Assembly (NCBI GenBank): GCA_965242965.1
Contig: OZ251518.1
Location: forward strand, 5,440,001-5,504,000
DNA: 64,000 nucleotides
Direction of reading: 5' to 3'
From: Candidatus Poribacteria bacterium
GTDB lineage: Bacteria > Poribacteria > WGA-4E > WGA-3G
Part shown: one piece after another, positions 28,918 through 40,596 of the stretch
Layout: the number at the start of each line of letters is the position of its first letter
How positions within the stretch are numbered: position 1 is the first letter of the stretch
Position numbers and translations under genes: made by a program
The notes under the pieces: model-generated
The model's database searches: none
Seen by the model: the letters and a program-made list of their open reading frames with translations, nothing else
Told to the model about the DNA's origin: nothing

Positions 28918-31239
28918 ATGCCAGAGATAACTGTCACCCTAAATGCCGGGTATGAAAAAATTAACCCGACGAACCAATTTGACTTTAGGCATCCGCCGCT
29001 CTACCATCAACACCGGACTTATGATGCGCTGAAGACGAACGAGCTCGTCATCAACACCTACAACACGGGCACGGGCAAAACACTCGCCTCGCTGCTCCGG
29101 CTGTTCGATCTCGCGGGCGAAAACGTTTTGTTCATCGCCCCGACGAACGAACTCATCCACCAGCATGCGGATGACATTCGCGAGTTTGTTACCGAACACA
29201 GACTGAATTTCGTCGTTGCTGAGGTTACGGGACAAAAGTTGCGTGAATGGCAGGTGGTTGACGCTCCGGGATATCGTGTGAGAAATGCCAGAAAGTTGCA
29301 CGAGCTCATCCAAAACCCGCGCGACTACTTTCCCGAGTTGACACGGCGAACGCCGCTCATCCTCGTCACAAATCCAGATCTCTTTTACCTCTGTTTTTAC
29401 ACTGTCTACTCGCCGTTGGATAGTGCAAACCTTTTCCGCGATTTTCTTGGGGAATTTGACTACGTCGTCATTGACGAGTTTCACTACTACAACGCTAAGC
29501 AGTTTGCCAATTTCCTGATGTTTTTCATGTTGTCAAAAGAGTACGGCTACTTTGAAAAGGGACGGAAAATCTGTCTGCTGTCGGCTACTCCTGATGAGAA
29601 GGTCCTCACCTATCTTGAAAAGATTGGGCTCACCTACGCGCTCGTTAGTTCCGACAATGAACCGGCGGAGAGCAATGCTTATGGGAAGATACAGACCCTC
29701 GCCACGCTGGAATTGACGGTGCATAGTGCCAAGATGCACGAGGTGCTCAAGGCGCAACCTGATAGCATCGGGGCCTTACTTGATTCAGGGATGGACGGTG
29801 CTATCATCAGTAGTTCTCTCCGAACTATTAATGAGATTAAACGGGCCCTTCAACAAGTGGGTCTGCGCGAAAAACTCGGTTTAATCACGGGGGCTGTCAG
29901 CACGCGCGAGCGTCGTGTGGCGACAAAGCAGTTTCCGTGCGTCCTTGCAACCCCCACGGTAGACATCGGATACAACTTCACCAAGGCGGGTAAATCGCGT
30001 CAGAACATCGATTTCGTCTGCTTTGACGCGCTCTATGGCTCTGAGTTTACCCAACGCGTCGGCAGAGCCGGCCGGTTATTGGGCAAACCTGACACCAGTC
30101 ACCTGAGCATCGGCCACGCCTTTGTCCAAGGAAAACTCTATTCGCAGTTGGACGCGGGAGCGAGTTACGAACGGAGAGAGTTTGCCCAAATTGTGAAAGA
30201 GGCATTGGGCGAGGATAACCGTTTTTACCACTACATCCAGTCCTATGCTATTCTGGAAGCGTTCTATCCGCTTTATGAGCATTTCAAGCGAACCTCGGAA
30301 GAACGCCAAGGGCGCGTCCGTGAGATTTTTGACACACTGAAGGAAGTCTTTGCGCCGGAGAGTGATGTCACCTTCGACGAACTTGCGAAAAAGTTACGGT
30401 GGCATTCCACTTACGAAAAAATTATTGAGGCGCACCGTAAGAATGCTTACGACGAATTCATTCAACAGGCACAGGAAAAAGCGGCGTGGAGTTATTTGGA
30501 GCATCAGAGTTGGATCCAGGGCAAATTGGACGAGTTCCGTCTTGTCCCACCTCCACAATTGAACAAGGCAATCAAAGGTTTCCTCAAACGCCGCGCCAAC
30601 CGAGAACAAGTCGTTGAATACGCGAAACAGAAATTTCATCCGATTCAGTCGCTCTTCAACTTTCGGAACTCGGAGATAGGGATTCGGTGCGGTATCTATG
30701 ACCCGAGCCATCTCTTTCAAAACACTGCCAAGCATACCGAGTATGATCTCTTTCACATCTTGGCACACTGCGAATTCACAGTGCTAGATAAGAATGAGTA
30801 TCACAACCGCACCGGCGACCGGGGAAATTACTGCGAATGCTTCGTGCACGTTCGCGATTTCAAAAACCCACCGGCTCGCGTCCAATTTGAATACGATGCC
30901 AGCGGGGTTGATAGGGAAACTTTTGAACAGCAACATTGTTGGGGACCTACCGCGCTGAAAGGATTGCGGTTGGGATTAACCCAGAACGGATATGTTCCAC
31001 TGAAAATTCAAGGTATTGTGGCAGAACGGCATCTCACCTGCCTGCTGTCAAAGATGGAAAATCGCTATGCTCTCAACCGCATTCTTGAGACGAAGCGACA
31101 AGTCGCTTATCCGTTGCACGTAACCTTCGCCGATGGACGACAGGCGGAGTATAAACTCATCTTCGGATCGCAGGCGTTCCTCATTCATGCGGAATTGCAA
31201 GGAAAATCGAAAGAGAAGCAACGTTCGGTAAACCCATAG
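28918..31239 (+). CDS. cas3: type I-D helicase Cas3' (no HD domain)
   Basis: TGTGKT, DEFH, SAT, QRVGRAGR; GGAGG RBS before MPEIT. Confidence 0.9.
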   Translation: MPEITVTLNAGYEKINPTNQFDFRHPPLYHQHRTYDALKTNELVINTYNTGTGKTLASLLRLFDLAGENVLFIAPTNELIHQHADDIREFVTEHRLNFVVAEVTGQKLREWQVVDAPGYRVRNARKLHELIQNPRDYFPELTRRTPLILVTNPDLFYLCFYTVYSPLDSANLFRDFLGEFDYVVIDEFHYYNAKQFANFLMFFMLSKEYGYFEKGRKICLLSATPDEKVLTYLEKIGLTYALVSSDNEPAESNAYGKIQTLATLELTVHSAKMHEVLKAQPDSIGALLDSGMDGAIISSSLRTINEIKRALQQVGLREKLGLITGAVSTRERRVATKQFPCVLATPTVDIGYNFTKAGKSRQNIDFVCFDALYGSEFTQRVGRAGRLLGKPDTSHLSIGHAFVQGKLYSQLDAGASYERREFAQIVKEALGEDNRFYHYIQSYAILEAFYPLYEHFKRTSEERQGRVREIFDTLKEVFAPESDVTFDELAKKLRWHSTYEKIIEAHRKNAYDEFIQQAQEKAAWSYLEHQSWIQGKLDEFRLVPPPQLNKAIKGFLKRRANREQVVEYAKQKFHPIQSLFNFRNSEIGIRCGIYDPSHLFQNTAKHTEYDLFHILAHCEFTVLDKNEYHNRTGDRGNYCECFVHVRDFKNPPARVQFEYDASGVDRETFEQQHCWGPTALKGLRLGLTQNGYVPLKIQGIVAERHLTCLLSKMENRYALNRILETKRQVAYPLHVTFADGRQAEYKLIFGSQAFLIHAELQGKSKEKQRSVNP

Positions 31240-31251
31240 GAGGTAAATTCC

Positions 31252-32085
31252 ATGCCAATCAGCACCGTCCTCTCTCTCATACCAGAAACCAACGTGACGC
31301 TACGCCCAACAATGGGACACCACGCACACGCCGCGTTTCTCTCCATCATGAAAGAAGCTAACCGCGAACTTGCCGAGGAACTCCACGCGCAAGCCGCACA
31401 GAAACCTTTCACTGTCTCACCCTTGATGGCGAAAGGCACGCCGCGCGGAAAAAATCAACGCCACATCCGCGCCGGCACCGAATGCAAACTCCGATTCACG
31501 TTCCTTGATGACGAACTCTTCGCGCACTTCGGTGTCGCTTTCTTGACGTTCACCATCCCGCCGATTCAGTTGGGGAACGCAAAGTTTCAGGTGAAAAAGT
31601 GGGTAGCACACGCATCGGATGCGGAAAAGTGGGGCGGCAACGCCACTTACGCTCAACTCATCCAAAACGCATCCGACGATACCCACATCCGACTCCGCTT
31701 CTATTCGCCAACCGCCTTCCGCACGCTGACACCGCGCGGACAGAAAACGCAAAACCACACCCAGATCGATCTGGTGCGCTGTTATCAGAGTTGGATAAAC
31801 AAGTGGAACGCTTTCTCACCTGTCAAATTGGAGAAAACTGAGTTCCTCGCATTCATCGCCGAACACGCGCGGCTATCGCAAGCCGAAACGAAAACACGTG
31901 CCCTCAACTTCGGACGACACACCGAAATCGGATGCGTAGGGCACTGCACATGTCGCCTCGTTTCTGAGGACCCGCAACATCTTCGCCACATTCTGATCGC
32001 CAACTGTTTAGCCGATTTCGCCTTCTATTGCGGCACCGGCTACAAAACCACGATGGGGATGGGGCAAACCAAACGCCTTCGTTAG
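31252..32085 (+). CDS. cas6: CRISPR pre-crRNA endoribonuclease Cas6
   Basis: KPFTVSPL, FYSPTAF, C-terminal GTGYKTTMGMG loop. Confidence 0.93.
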   Translation: MPISTVLSLIPETNVTLRPTMGHHAHAAFLSIMKEANRELAEELHAQAAQKPFTVSPLMAKGTPRGKNQRHIRAGTECKLRFTFLDDELFAHFGVAFLTFTIPPIQLGNAKFQVKKWVAHASDAEKWGGNATYAQLIQNASDDTHIRLRFYSPTAFRTLTPRGQKTQNHTQIDLVRCYQSWINKWNAFSPVKLEKTEFLAFIAEHARLSQAETKTRALNFGRHTEIGCVGHCTCRLVSEDPQHLRHILIANCLADFAFYCGTGYKTTMGMGQTKRLR

Positions 32086-32305
32086 TCATAAGATTTTATG
32101 GGGGACGGTTTTCTCGCGCTACAGGCATCGCGGGGGACAGGCCCCCGCGCTACGATAATAAAAGAAAAGGCATGGCGGGGATGGCACGAATTTTACAGCC
32201 CCCGCGCGACCTTCCGGTAGGAGAGACCTCCTGGTCTCGATGCAATAGTTGTGCCGGTAGACGAGCTCTCCCGGTCTCGATGCAATAAAAGAAAAGGAGA
32301 CAAAA

Positions 32306-33943
32306 ATGTCCGAAACCTACATTCCGCTCTCACAAATCAACACCTACGTTTTCTGCCCCCGGCGGTTCTACTATGAATCGGTGGAGGGACATCAGATGAT
32401 TAACGCGCACGTTGAGGAGGGGAAAATTAAGCATGAGCATGTCCACACCAAAGTGAAAAATCGGCGCAAAGGCGACAAGACTATCTCACGGCGGCAATAC
32501 CTTGCCTCCGATACCCTCGGCGTTTCGGGATACACGGATCTGGTTGAGGAGAAAAACGGCGTGCCATACCCGGTTGAATTCAAAAAGGCGGGGATGGGGA
32601 ATTGGCTCAATGACCAGGTGCAACTCTGTCTACAGGGGATGCTCCTTGAAGAGAAAACCGGCGTATCCATTCCGCACGGTTATATCTTCTACATCGGTTC
32701 CAAGCGACGGCGCAAGGTTCCGTTTGATGCAGAACTCCGCGAGACGACACGCAACTACCTCAACGAGGCCCGAGCCCTATTGGCATCGCGGAAGATTCCA
32801 AAGCCTGTCCACGATAATCGATGCAACGGATGTAGCATGCGCCCAGTCTGCCTGCCCGACGAAGTGGCTTACCTCCACGAATTGGATGAACGTCCGAAAC
32901 GCATCAAGCCTGCACTCGGCATTGATAATGTCCTCTACGTTGATGAGCCGGGATGCGCCATCAAGAAGACAGGCGAACGCATCCTTGTGGCGAAAGAAAA
33001 TGAGATTATCCGTGATATTCCGCTCATCCATCTCGGACAAGTCGTCATTTCAGGGAACGTGAATTTGACGACACCGGCGATGCAAACGCTCTTACACGAA
33101 GGCATCCCGGTGGTGTTTCTCTCCGCATACGGCCGGTATCACGGCGCGCTGACACCGCAAGTTTCCCGCAATTCGCTTTTGCGCCGGGCGCAACACCGGG
33201 TTGCTGATAACGCCGAGAGGTGCCTCGCGCTCTCCAAAGCCTTCGTGCATGGGAAAATCTGGAACATGCGCACGATGCTCCAACGCCGCAAATGGCGCGC
33301 CGAAAAAGGCACCGAGGACGCACTCGCGCCGCTCCTTGCAAGCATTAAGGCGATGCATGGCATGCAAAAACGGATCCCGCGCGCGACAGAACTCACGCAA
33401 CTGCTCGGAATGGAAGGCAACGCCTCCGCCGAGTATTTCCGTTCCTTCGCTTTCATGCTCAAATCGGAGATGGGATTTGATTTTGAACGCCGGAGCCGGA
33501 GACCTCCTGCAGATGCAACGAATGCCCTTCTCAGCTTCGCTTACTCGCTGTTGACAGCGGATGTGATGGCCGCAATCCAGATAGTCGGGATGGACCCGTA
33601 TATCGGTTTCTTCCATCAGGTGAAATACGGAAAGCCGTGCCTCGCCTTGGATCTGATGGAGGAATTTCGCCCTATCATCGCCGATTCTGTTGTCATCACG
33701 CTGATCAACACCCGGCAAATTACCCCGGCCGATTTCGAGAAGTCCCACGGAGGATGGTATCTCAAATCAAATGCCCGAAAGAAGTTTTACGCCGCTTACG
33801 AGACGCGGAAAAATGAGACGCTCACGCATCCCGTGTTCAAATATAAACTCAGTTTCCGCCGAGCGATGGAGTTGCAAGCGCGTTTGCTCGCAAAATATCT
33901 GACAGATGAAATCGACGCATACACGCCGCTCACCGTCCGGTAG
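32306..33943 (+). CDS. cas1: Cas4-Cas1 fusion
   Basis: N-terminal Cas4 (FCPRR, VEFK, C-x2-C-x5-C); C-terminal Cas1 (EG, NALLSFAY, GFFH, LALDLMEEFRP). Confidence 0.93.
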   Translation: MSETYIPLSQINTYVFCPRRFYYESVEGHQMINAHVEEGKIKHEHVHTKVKNRRKGDKTISRRQYLASDTLGVSGYTDLVEEKNGVPYPVEFKKAGMGNWLNDQVQLCLQGMLLEEKTGVSIPHGYIFYIGSKRRRKVPFDAELRETTRNYLNEARALLASRKIPKPVHDNRCNGCSMRPVCLPDEVAYLHELDERPKRIKPALGIDNVLYVDEPGCAIKKTGERILVAKENEIIRDIPLIHLGQVVISGNVNLTTPAMQTLLHEGIPVVFLSAYGRYHGALTPQVSRNSLLRRAQHRVADNAERCLALSKAFVHGKIWNMRTMLQRRKWRAEKGTEDALAPLLASIKAMHGMQKRIPRATELTQLLGMEGNASAEYFRSFAFMLKSEMGFDFERRSRRPPADATNALLSFAYSLLTADVMAAIQIVGMDPYIGFFHQVKYGKPCLALDLMEEFRPIIADSVVITLINTRQITPADFEKSHGGWYLKSNARKKFYAAYETRKNETLTHPVFKYKLSFRRAMELQARLLAKYLTDEIDAYTPLTVR

Positions 33944-34029
33944 GAGAGCCCTCCCGGTCTCGATGCCCCGGGTAGGCGCGCCCTCCCGGTCTCGATGCTC
34001 CCAATCCGGATACCGAAAGGAGCAACCCG

Positions 34030-34302
34030 ATGCTTTACACCGTCGCTTACGACATCACCGATGACAACCGCCGTGCCAAAGTCGCGAAAATCCTTCAGGA
34101 CTTTGGCACGCGCGTCCAATACAGCCTCTTTGAATGCAACACCGACAGGCGCGCGTTCCTCCGATTACAGCATCGGTTGGAAGCGGAGATCGATCTGGCA
34201 GAGGATACCATCACGTTTTATCACCTCTGTGCGGCTTGCGAAAAACAGATCCACCGCCTCGGACTAAAAAAAGGGCTTGACAAAAAATCGTATATAGTGT
34301 AA
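34030..34302 (+). CDS. cas2: CRISPR-associated endonuclease Cas2
   Basis: VAYDITDD.RR..VAK.L..FG.RVQYSLFEC. Confidence 0.95.
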   Translation: MLYTVAYDITDDNRRAKVAKILQDFGTRVQYSLFECNTDRRAFLRLQHRLEAEIDLAEDTITFYHLCAACEKQIHRLGLKKGLDKKSYIV

Positions 34303-34514
34303 AATAAAACGTGAAATTAACTTTCAGGAAAAATCTGTCAAGGAAAGGGGACCGGAATTCCTGTATCCCTGGCAGAGGGGAGATTGAGCCTTATGTGTCT
34401 TGGCTGGACAGGATTCTTGCACAGGCAGTTAGCATGCGCCATCGTGCTGAAAATGCACGCTGGCAGAAGTGCAGGTGTTCAGCCAAGGCGTGTCAGGGGC
34501 TCCGCAGGCACGGA

Positions 34515-36795
34515 CCTGAAATGACAAGCATCTCGATTACGAGATTGAAACTATAATCTAAGTGTGGTTCGAGATGCCTCTCAAACGACCTGAAATGACA
34601 AGCATCTCGATTACGAGATTGAAACTATACTCTCATCAGTGATGCCGCGACGCTTTAGGTATTCCTGAAATGACAAGCATCTCGATTACGAGATTGAAAC
34701 TGTGAAACCGGGGGCGTTGCACATGTTTGAACCTGAAATGACAAGCATCTCGATTACGAGATTGAAACGAAGCTCGCGCAGATGGCGCAGTTCGATGGGA
34801 CGTTCCCTGAAATGACAAGCATCTCGATTACGAGATTGAAACATGAACGTGGGTGCGGCCATAATAAATGAGCAGGACCTGAAATGACAAGCATCTCGAT
34901 TACGAGATTGAAACTGACATGGTAGGAAGCCTCGCAGCGGACTTGCAAGAGGTCCTGAAATGACAAGCATCTCGATTACGAGATTGAAACGAATTACGGG
35001 TTCGACGAGACATTGCAACTGCCACAAAGCCTGAAATGACAAGCATCTCGATTACGAGATTGAAACTTCGGCAGGCGATTGTGCTCATGTTCGGTTAAGA
35101 GCTCCTGAAATGACAAGCATCTCGATTACGAGATTGAAACGAACTACACGGCACATGAGGTGTGCATTTTCCCGACGGCCCTGAAATGACAAGCATCTCG
35201 ATTACGAGATTGAAACTCGCCGAAATACTCGCGTTGCGCTTTCAGGATACGTGTCCCCTGAAATGACAAGCATCTCGATTACGAGATTGAAACCCGTATG
35301 CACGGTATTTGGAAGGCGGCACCAAGCACATGCCTGAAATGACAAGCATCTCGATTACGAGATTGAAACTATTAGAAACCTAATCTTGCCACCAAACTTT
35401 AGGGTGAGCCTGAAATGACAAGCATCTCGATTACGAGATTGAAACTCCTATAGGTATTGCGCGCCAAAGGATTTTCATGTGCCAACCTGAAATGACAAGC
35501 ATCTCGATTACGAGATTGAAACGGTATAGGGTGCAGATGCCCCCGTTCGTTGCTTGAAATACCTGAAATGACAAGCATCTCGATTACGAGATTGAAACAG
35601 TGTCAAGCACCTTGCTCACCTTGAACGTCTCCACGACCTGAAATGACAAGCATCTCGATTACGAGATTGAAACGTCCGCAATAGCGTCGAACCCCATTCC
35701 CGTGAACCGCGCACCCTGAAATGACAAGCATCTCGATTACGAGATTGAAACATTACAAACAGCCTACGCCGAGATCAGCAGTTATCCTGAAATGACAAGC
35801 ATCTCGATTACGAGATTGAAACTGTCAATGGCTTGATGATTACGCGCTGCGAACGCCGGTGCCTGAAATGACAAGCATCTCGATTACGAGATTGAAACCA
35901 GGTAGGCGAGTGTTGCGCCTGTAATGAAGGCGATGACCTGAAATGACAAGCATCTCGATTACGAGATTGAAACTGTGCCGTGAGCATCCGTGCAATGCCC
36001 CGCAGGGCCCGCCTGAAATGACAAGCATCTCGATTACGAGATTGAAACTTACAGACGCTCCAACGGCGTTTAGACTCTCATCCGCCTGAAATGACAAGCA
36101 TCTCGATTACGAGATTGAAACAAGGAGGTTCGGGGGCGGGGAGCTAAGAAGGAGTTTAAACCTGAAATGACAAGCATCTCGATTACGAGATTGAAACGCA
36201 TCCACCTCAGCCGCCAGCCGATGCGCCATCGACCCCTGAAATGACAAGCATCTCGATTACGAGATTGAAACGGAAGCATGGGTTGCCTGAACGGGTAAAG
36301 CAACGCATAACCTGAAATGACAAGCATCTCGATTACGAGATTGAAACGCTGCTGATGGCGACTACGTTGTGTATCTGCGCGCCCCTGAAATGACAAGCAT
36401 CTCGATTACGAGATTGAAACCATCCGATGCTAGGCACGACGTGGAAAAAGATGAAGCGTGACCTGAAATGACAAGCATCTCGATTGCGAGATTGAAACGA
36501 CGTGATGGTGGGTATGCGGGAGTATGCCCGCATGACGCCCTGAAATGACAAGCATCTCGATTGCGAGATTGAAACGCTTTTCAGGCGAAGCAGACCGTGA
36601 GCTACTTTTTCCTGAAATGACAAGCATCTCGATTGCGAGATTGAAACGCGGATGCAACGCTGCAGGGGAGTGTCCTCTCTTGTACCCTGAAATGACAAGC
36701 ATCTCGATTGCGAGATTGAAACCAGAATCTCCGTGCACCGAGGCGACAGCCCGACACGCCTGACCTGAAAAGCATCTCGATTGCGAGATTGAAAC
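34515..36795 (+). CRISPR. CRISPR array, 31 repeats / 30 spacers by manual count; 37-bp repeat CCTGAAATGACAAGCATCTCGATTACGAGATTGAAAC
   Basis: Identical repeats with unique ~31-41-nt spacers; leader 34303-34514 after cas2; last five repeats carry an ATTG loop; terminal repeat degenerate. Confidence 0.98.
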
Positions 36796-37171
36796 GGGTA
36801 GAGATCGGGCGATCTCTACCTACAGAGGAATGTGGGCTCAAGTTCTACTTACAGAGGGACGCGGTCAGGGATTCACGAACCTAAGGAGACGTTTTCCGGC
36901 GATGCGTTGTTTTTCTGATAACTGTCCGATACGATAGCCGTTTTGGTAACGGAGGGTGGGGAACTGTCCGTCGCGAGGTCAGATTGAACCGTGAACGCTT
37001 GCGGGGGACAGGCCCCCGCACTACGAGACATGACGGTTTCCGCTGCGGGGGACAGGCCCCCGCACTACGAGACATGGACAGTTCTCTCTTCCTGCCTGAT
37101 TTTTCAACAAAATTTGACTGCGATTCGCTTTTCGTGTATAATGTCACCTATATTTACAACCGCACGGCAGG

Positions 37172-39079
37172 ATGATAATGCGAGACGCGACAGACCGGTT
37201 TTCTCCACTCAGTTTGAAGGCAGTCGGCATCGGACTGCTGCTCATCCCACTTAACGCAATATGGCAGATGATGGGCCTCCGCTGGGACATCGCGCACATG
37301 TCGATGATCTCGCTGCTTTACAACACGGTCACGCTGCTATTTGTTTTAACCGTCGTCAATCGCCTCTCTCAAAAAGTTGCACCGCGCCTCGCGCTCTCGC
37401 CTGCTGAATTGCTGACGATTTATGTCATGCTCTGCCTCTCCACGGCTATCGGCGGACACATGTGCGTGCAGATTCTTATCCCTATTATCGGATACGTTTC
37501 CGCCTTCGCAACGCCGGAAAACGATTGGCAATCGCTCTTTTGGCACTACGTTCCATCATGGACATCAGTCACCGATAAACGCGCGCTCACAGAGTTCTTC
37601 GGCGGCGGTTCGACGTTTTACCGATACCTTGAAGCGTGGATAACGCCGCTGGTGTGGTGGGCACTCTTCCTCGTCGCGCTGTTCTCGGTGATGCTCTGCA
37701 TCAATTTCATCTTCCGCAAGCAGTGGACAGAGAACGAGAAGTTGAGTTATCCGCTGATTCAGTTGCCGCTCGCTATGGCGAATCCGAGGAGCGGCTTTTT
37801 CCGCAGTCGCGCCATGTGGATTGGGTTCGGCATCGCTGCTGGCATCGATCTACTCAACGGGCTCAACTATCTCTATCCGCAGGTGCCGCGTCTCAGCGGT
37901 ATCCGCGCGTATGACATCGCCGACTTCTTTACTACCCGCCCGTGGAACGCGATTAATTGGCTGCCAGTCGGCGTTTATCCGTTCGCCGTTGGATTGGCGT
38001 TCTTCATGCCGCTGGAGTTATCGTTTTCGTGCTGGTTCTTTTATCTCTATTGGCAATTGCTGCGTGTGCTAGGCAGCGCGCTCGGTTTCGCACCGCAATT
38101 CCCTTACGCAGCCGAGCAGTCTTTCGGCGCGTATATCGGCATCGGGTTTGTCGCTGTCTGGAGTGCGCGCCGGTATCTGATGCAGGTAGTGCGGACACTT
38201 TTTCGCTGGGGTGCGGGGACAACTGAACCGGTCTCCTATCGGGCGGCGGTGGTATGGCTGCTGCTCAGCCTTGCCTTTCTGGTGGGATTTTGCTATCAGA
38301 TGGGGATGTCGCTGTGGGTAATAGCGGTATTCTTCGCGCTCTATTTCGCATTGGCTACGGGGATTACGCGGATGCGCGCTGAACTCGGTTCGCCTGTCCA
38401 TGACCAGCACTATGCGGGCCCAGACCGGATGATGTATTCTATGTTCGGCGCGAAGCGACTCGGCGCGAGCAACATGACAGGACTCGCCTATCTCTACTTT
38501 TTCAATCGCGCCTACGATTGTCTCCTGATGCCGCATCACTTGGAAGGGTTGAAAATTGCAGAGCGCGCCCGCATTGATAGCCAAAATTCGGGAAGAAAAT
38601 TCGCCATCGCAATCATTATCGCCATCGGTGTCGGCATCGTCGCGACGATTTGGGCGTATCTGCATGTCTCTTACCACGATGGCGTTTACACGGCGTGGGC
38701 AGGCAGAGAGACGTTTGAGCGGCTCGGCAGAAGGCTCACGCAGCCGGCAGGCGCGGACACTGCGGTTATCGGCGCGGTCAGCGTGGGAACGCTTGGTGCC
38801 GTGCTTTTAGCATTCCTGCGCGGACGGTGGATGTGGTTTCCGTTTCACGCCGCCGGTTATGCTGTCACCAGCACCTTCACAATGAACTTCTTCTGGTTCT
38901 CGCTTTTCGTCAGTTTCGTGCTGAAGTGGGTGATTACCAAGCATGGCGGCATCGGCGGTTTCAGGAAGGCGGCACCATTTTTCCTCGGGCTGGTGCTCGG
39001 TGAGTTTGTCGTGACGACGTTCTGGGGCACGGTGGCGATTGTGTTTGGGTTGGAGACGTATATTACGATTAATTTATGA
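37172..39079 (+). CDS. multi-pass membrane protein, DUF6785-like
   Basis: ELLTIYVM, QWTENEKLSYPL, RMRAELG, PFHAAGY, PFFLGLVLGE. Confidence 0.7.
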   Translation: MIMRDATDRFSPLSLKAVGIGLLLIPLNAIWQMMGLRWDIAHMSMISLLYNTVTLLFVLTVVNRLSQKVAPRLALSPAELLTIYVMLCLSTAIGGHMCVQILIPIIGYVSAFATPENDWQSLFWHYVPSWTSVTDKRALTEFFGGGSTFYRYLEAWITPLVWWALFLVALFSVMLCINFIFRKQWTENEKLSYPLIQLPLAMANPRSGFFRSRAMWIGFGIAAGIDLLNGLNYLYPQVPRLSGIRAYDIADFFTTRPWNAINWLPVGVYPFAVGLAFFMPLELSFSCWFFYLYWQLLRVLGSALGFAPQFPYAAEQSFGAYIGIGFVAVWSARRYLMQVVRTLFRWGAGTTEPVSYRAAVVWLLLSLAFLVGFCYQMGMSLWVIAVFFALYFALATGITRMRAELGSPVHDQHYAGPDRMMYSMFGAKRLGASNMTGLAYLYFFNRAYDCLLMPHHLEGLKIAERARIDSQNSGRKFAIAIIIAIGVGIVATIWAYLHVSYHDGVYTAWAGRETFERLGRRLTQPAGADTAVIGAVSVGTLGAVLLAFLRGRWMWFPFHAAGYAVTSTFTMNFFWFSLFVSFVLKWVITKHGGIGGFRKAAPFFLGLVLGEFVVTTFWGTVAIVFGLETYITINL

Positions 39080-39439
39080 GGAAAGGCGGCTGCGTTCGTT
39101 TCAAACCCCTCTCCCGTCCGTAGCGCGAGGGCCTGTCCCTCGCGAACGTTCAGAACCTTCCTTCCATCCGTAGTGCGAGGGCCTGTCCCTCGCGAACGTT
39201 ATTGTAGCAATTGGACATGCCCGAGGACATTGGGGGCCCCACCTCTGTAGTTCGGGATCGCCCGATCCCGAACAGGTCAAGATCAGGCGATCTTGACCTA
39301 CAGTGGTGATGCGGGTTGCCAGCCAAACGCATGGCGAGGGCCTGTCCCTCGCGATCTCCATTGTCAAGAGAGGCGTTTTAGGTCCTACTATTGCATCGAG
39401 ACCAGGAGGTCTCTCCTACCGGGAAGACATTATAGACAA

Positions 39440-40519
39440 TTACGCCACCTCCCACTCTTTCAAACCCGTTGGCATCGGCGCGGGCCGTTCGGTGGTGCTC
39501 TCTATCTCAACATGCTCGCTAGTTTCAGAGGACTTGTCAAAAGCGAGCATTACCTCTAGCACATGATACGCTAAATCGCCGTTTGCGCGATGCGCGCGCC
39601 CCGCCAGAATTGCGGCCACCATGTCAATCACGCCTATCATTCTAGCGTTGTTAGGGAAGGCGAGCGGCACTGACTCCCAGCCTTCGCGCGCGTCGGCAAC
39701 GTTCACCGTCCCACCGAAGCCGTTCGGATCTGGGACTTGCATTGAGCCGGTTTCGCCGTAGATTTCAATGCACGGCAAACTGTGCCGCCACATATCAAAA
39801 CTCATCATCATCGTGATGAGCGCGCCGTTATGAAATTCCATCGTGCCGGTGAGGTGCGTCGTCGTTTTGACAGGGATGCGCAGTCCTTTCACCGCTTCAC
39901 TCGTCGCGATGCGTTCTTCAAACGCCTTCGTCGTCATTGCCGCGACGCGCTTGACAGGACCGAGGAGATTCACCAAAGCGGTGACGTAGTAGGGCCCCAT
40001 GTCTAACATCGGGCCGCCGCCAATATCATAATAGAAGGCGGGGTTAGGATGCCAACTTTCGTGTCCGTGTCCGCACATAAACGCCGTGCCGGCGATAGGT
40101 TTGCCGATTGCGCCTGCATCCAATGCTTGCCGAGAAGTCTGGATACCCGCGCCGAGAAAGGTATCGGGTGCGGAACCAACGCGGAGTCCCTTCTCCGCCG
40201 CGAGTGCGATGAGTTGCTTGCCGCTTTCAACGTCTACGCCGAGAGGCTTTTCGCTATAGACATGTTTGCCTGCCTCCAGCACCTGCAGTCCGACTTCCAC
40301 GTGCGCCCGCGGAATGGTAAGATTGACGACGAGTTCAATCTCCGAGTCGGAGAGGAGTTCGTCGACGGTGAGTGCCTCGCAGCCGTGTCTTTCTGCCTGC
40401 GCTTGAGCGGCTTCCATGCGGAGGTCTGCGCATGCCTTGATTTGTAAAATATCCGTTTTCTGTGCGCCGCCGAAGTAGGCACCGCTTATCGTGCCACAGC
40501 CAATAATTCCGATTTTCAT
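39440..40519 (-). CDS. Gfo/Idh/MocA oxidoreductase
   Basis: IGCGTIS, KHVYSEKP, GGGPMLDMGPY. Confidence 0.9.
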   Translation of the reverse strand: MKIGIIGCGTISGAYFGGAQKTDILQIKACADLRMEAAQAQAERHGCEALTVDELLSDSEIELVVNLTIPRAHVEVGLQVLEAGKHVYSEKPLGVDVESGKQLIALAAEKGLRVGSAPDTFLGAGIQTSRQALDAGAIGKPIAGTAFMCGHGHESWHPNPAFYYDIGGGPMLDMGPYYVTALVNLLGPVKRVAAMTTKAFEERIATSEAVKGLRIPVKTTTHLTGTMEFHNGALITMMMSFDMWRHSLPCIEIYGETGSMQVPDPNGFGGTVNVADAREGWESVPLAFPNNARMIGVIDMVAAILAGRAHRANGDLAYHVLEVMLAFDKSSETSEHVEIESTTERPAPMPTGLKEWEVA

Positions 40520-40596
40520 ATTGTGTGATGCATCCTTTTGCGTGTGAATTTGGTTGTGTTTATTGTAGCACGCGCGCGGGATATTTGCAAATATGG

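Noticed and set aside
35674-35714. Spacer with a tRNA T-loop-like GGTTCGAC on the reverse strand
   Set aside because: No cloverleaf context; it reads equally well as coding sequence. No array spacer matching this window was spotted by eye (not exhaustive).
34636-36841. ORFs across the CRISPR array
   Set aside because: Translations of the repeat (FNLVIEMLVISG); not genes.
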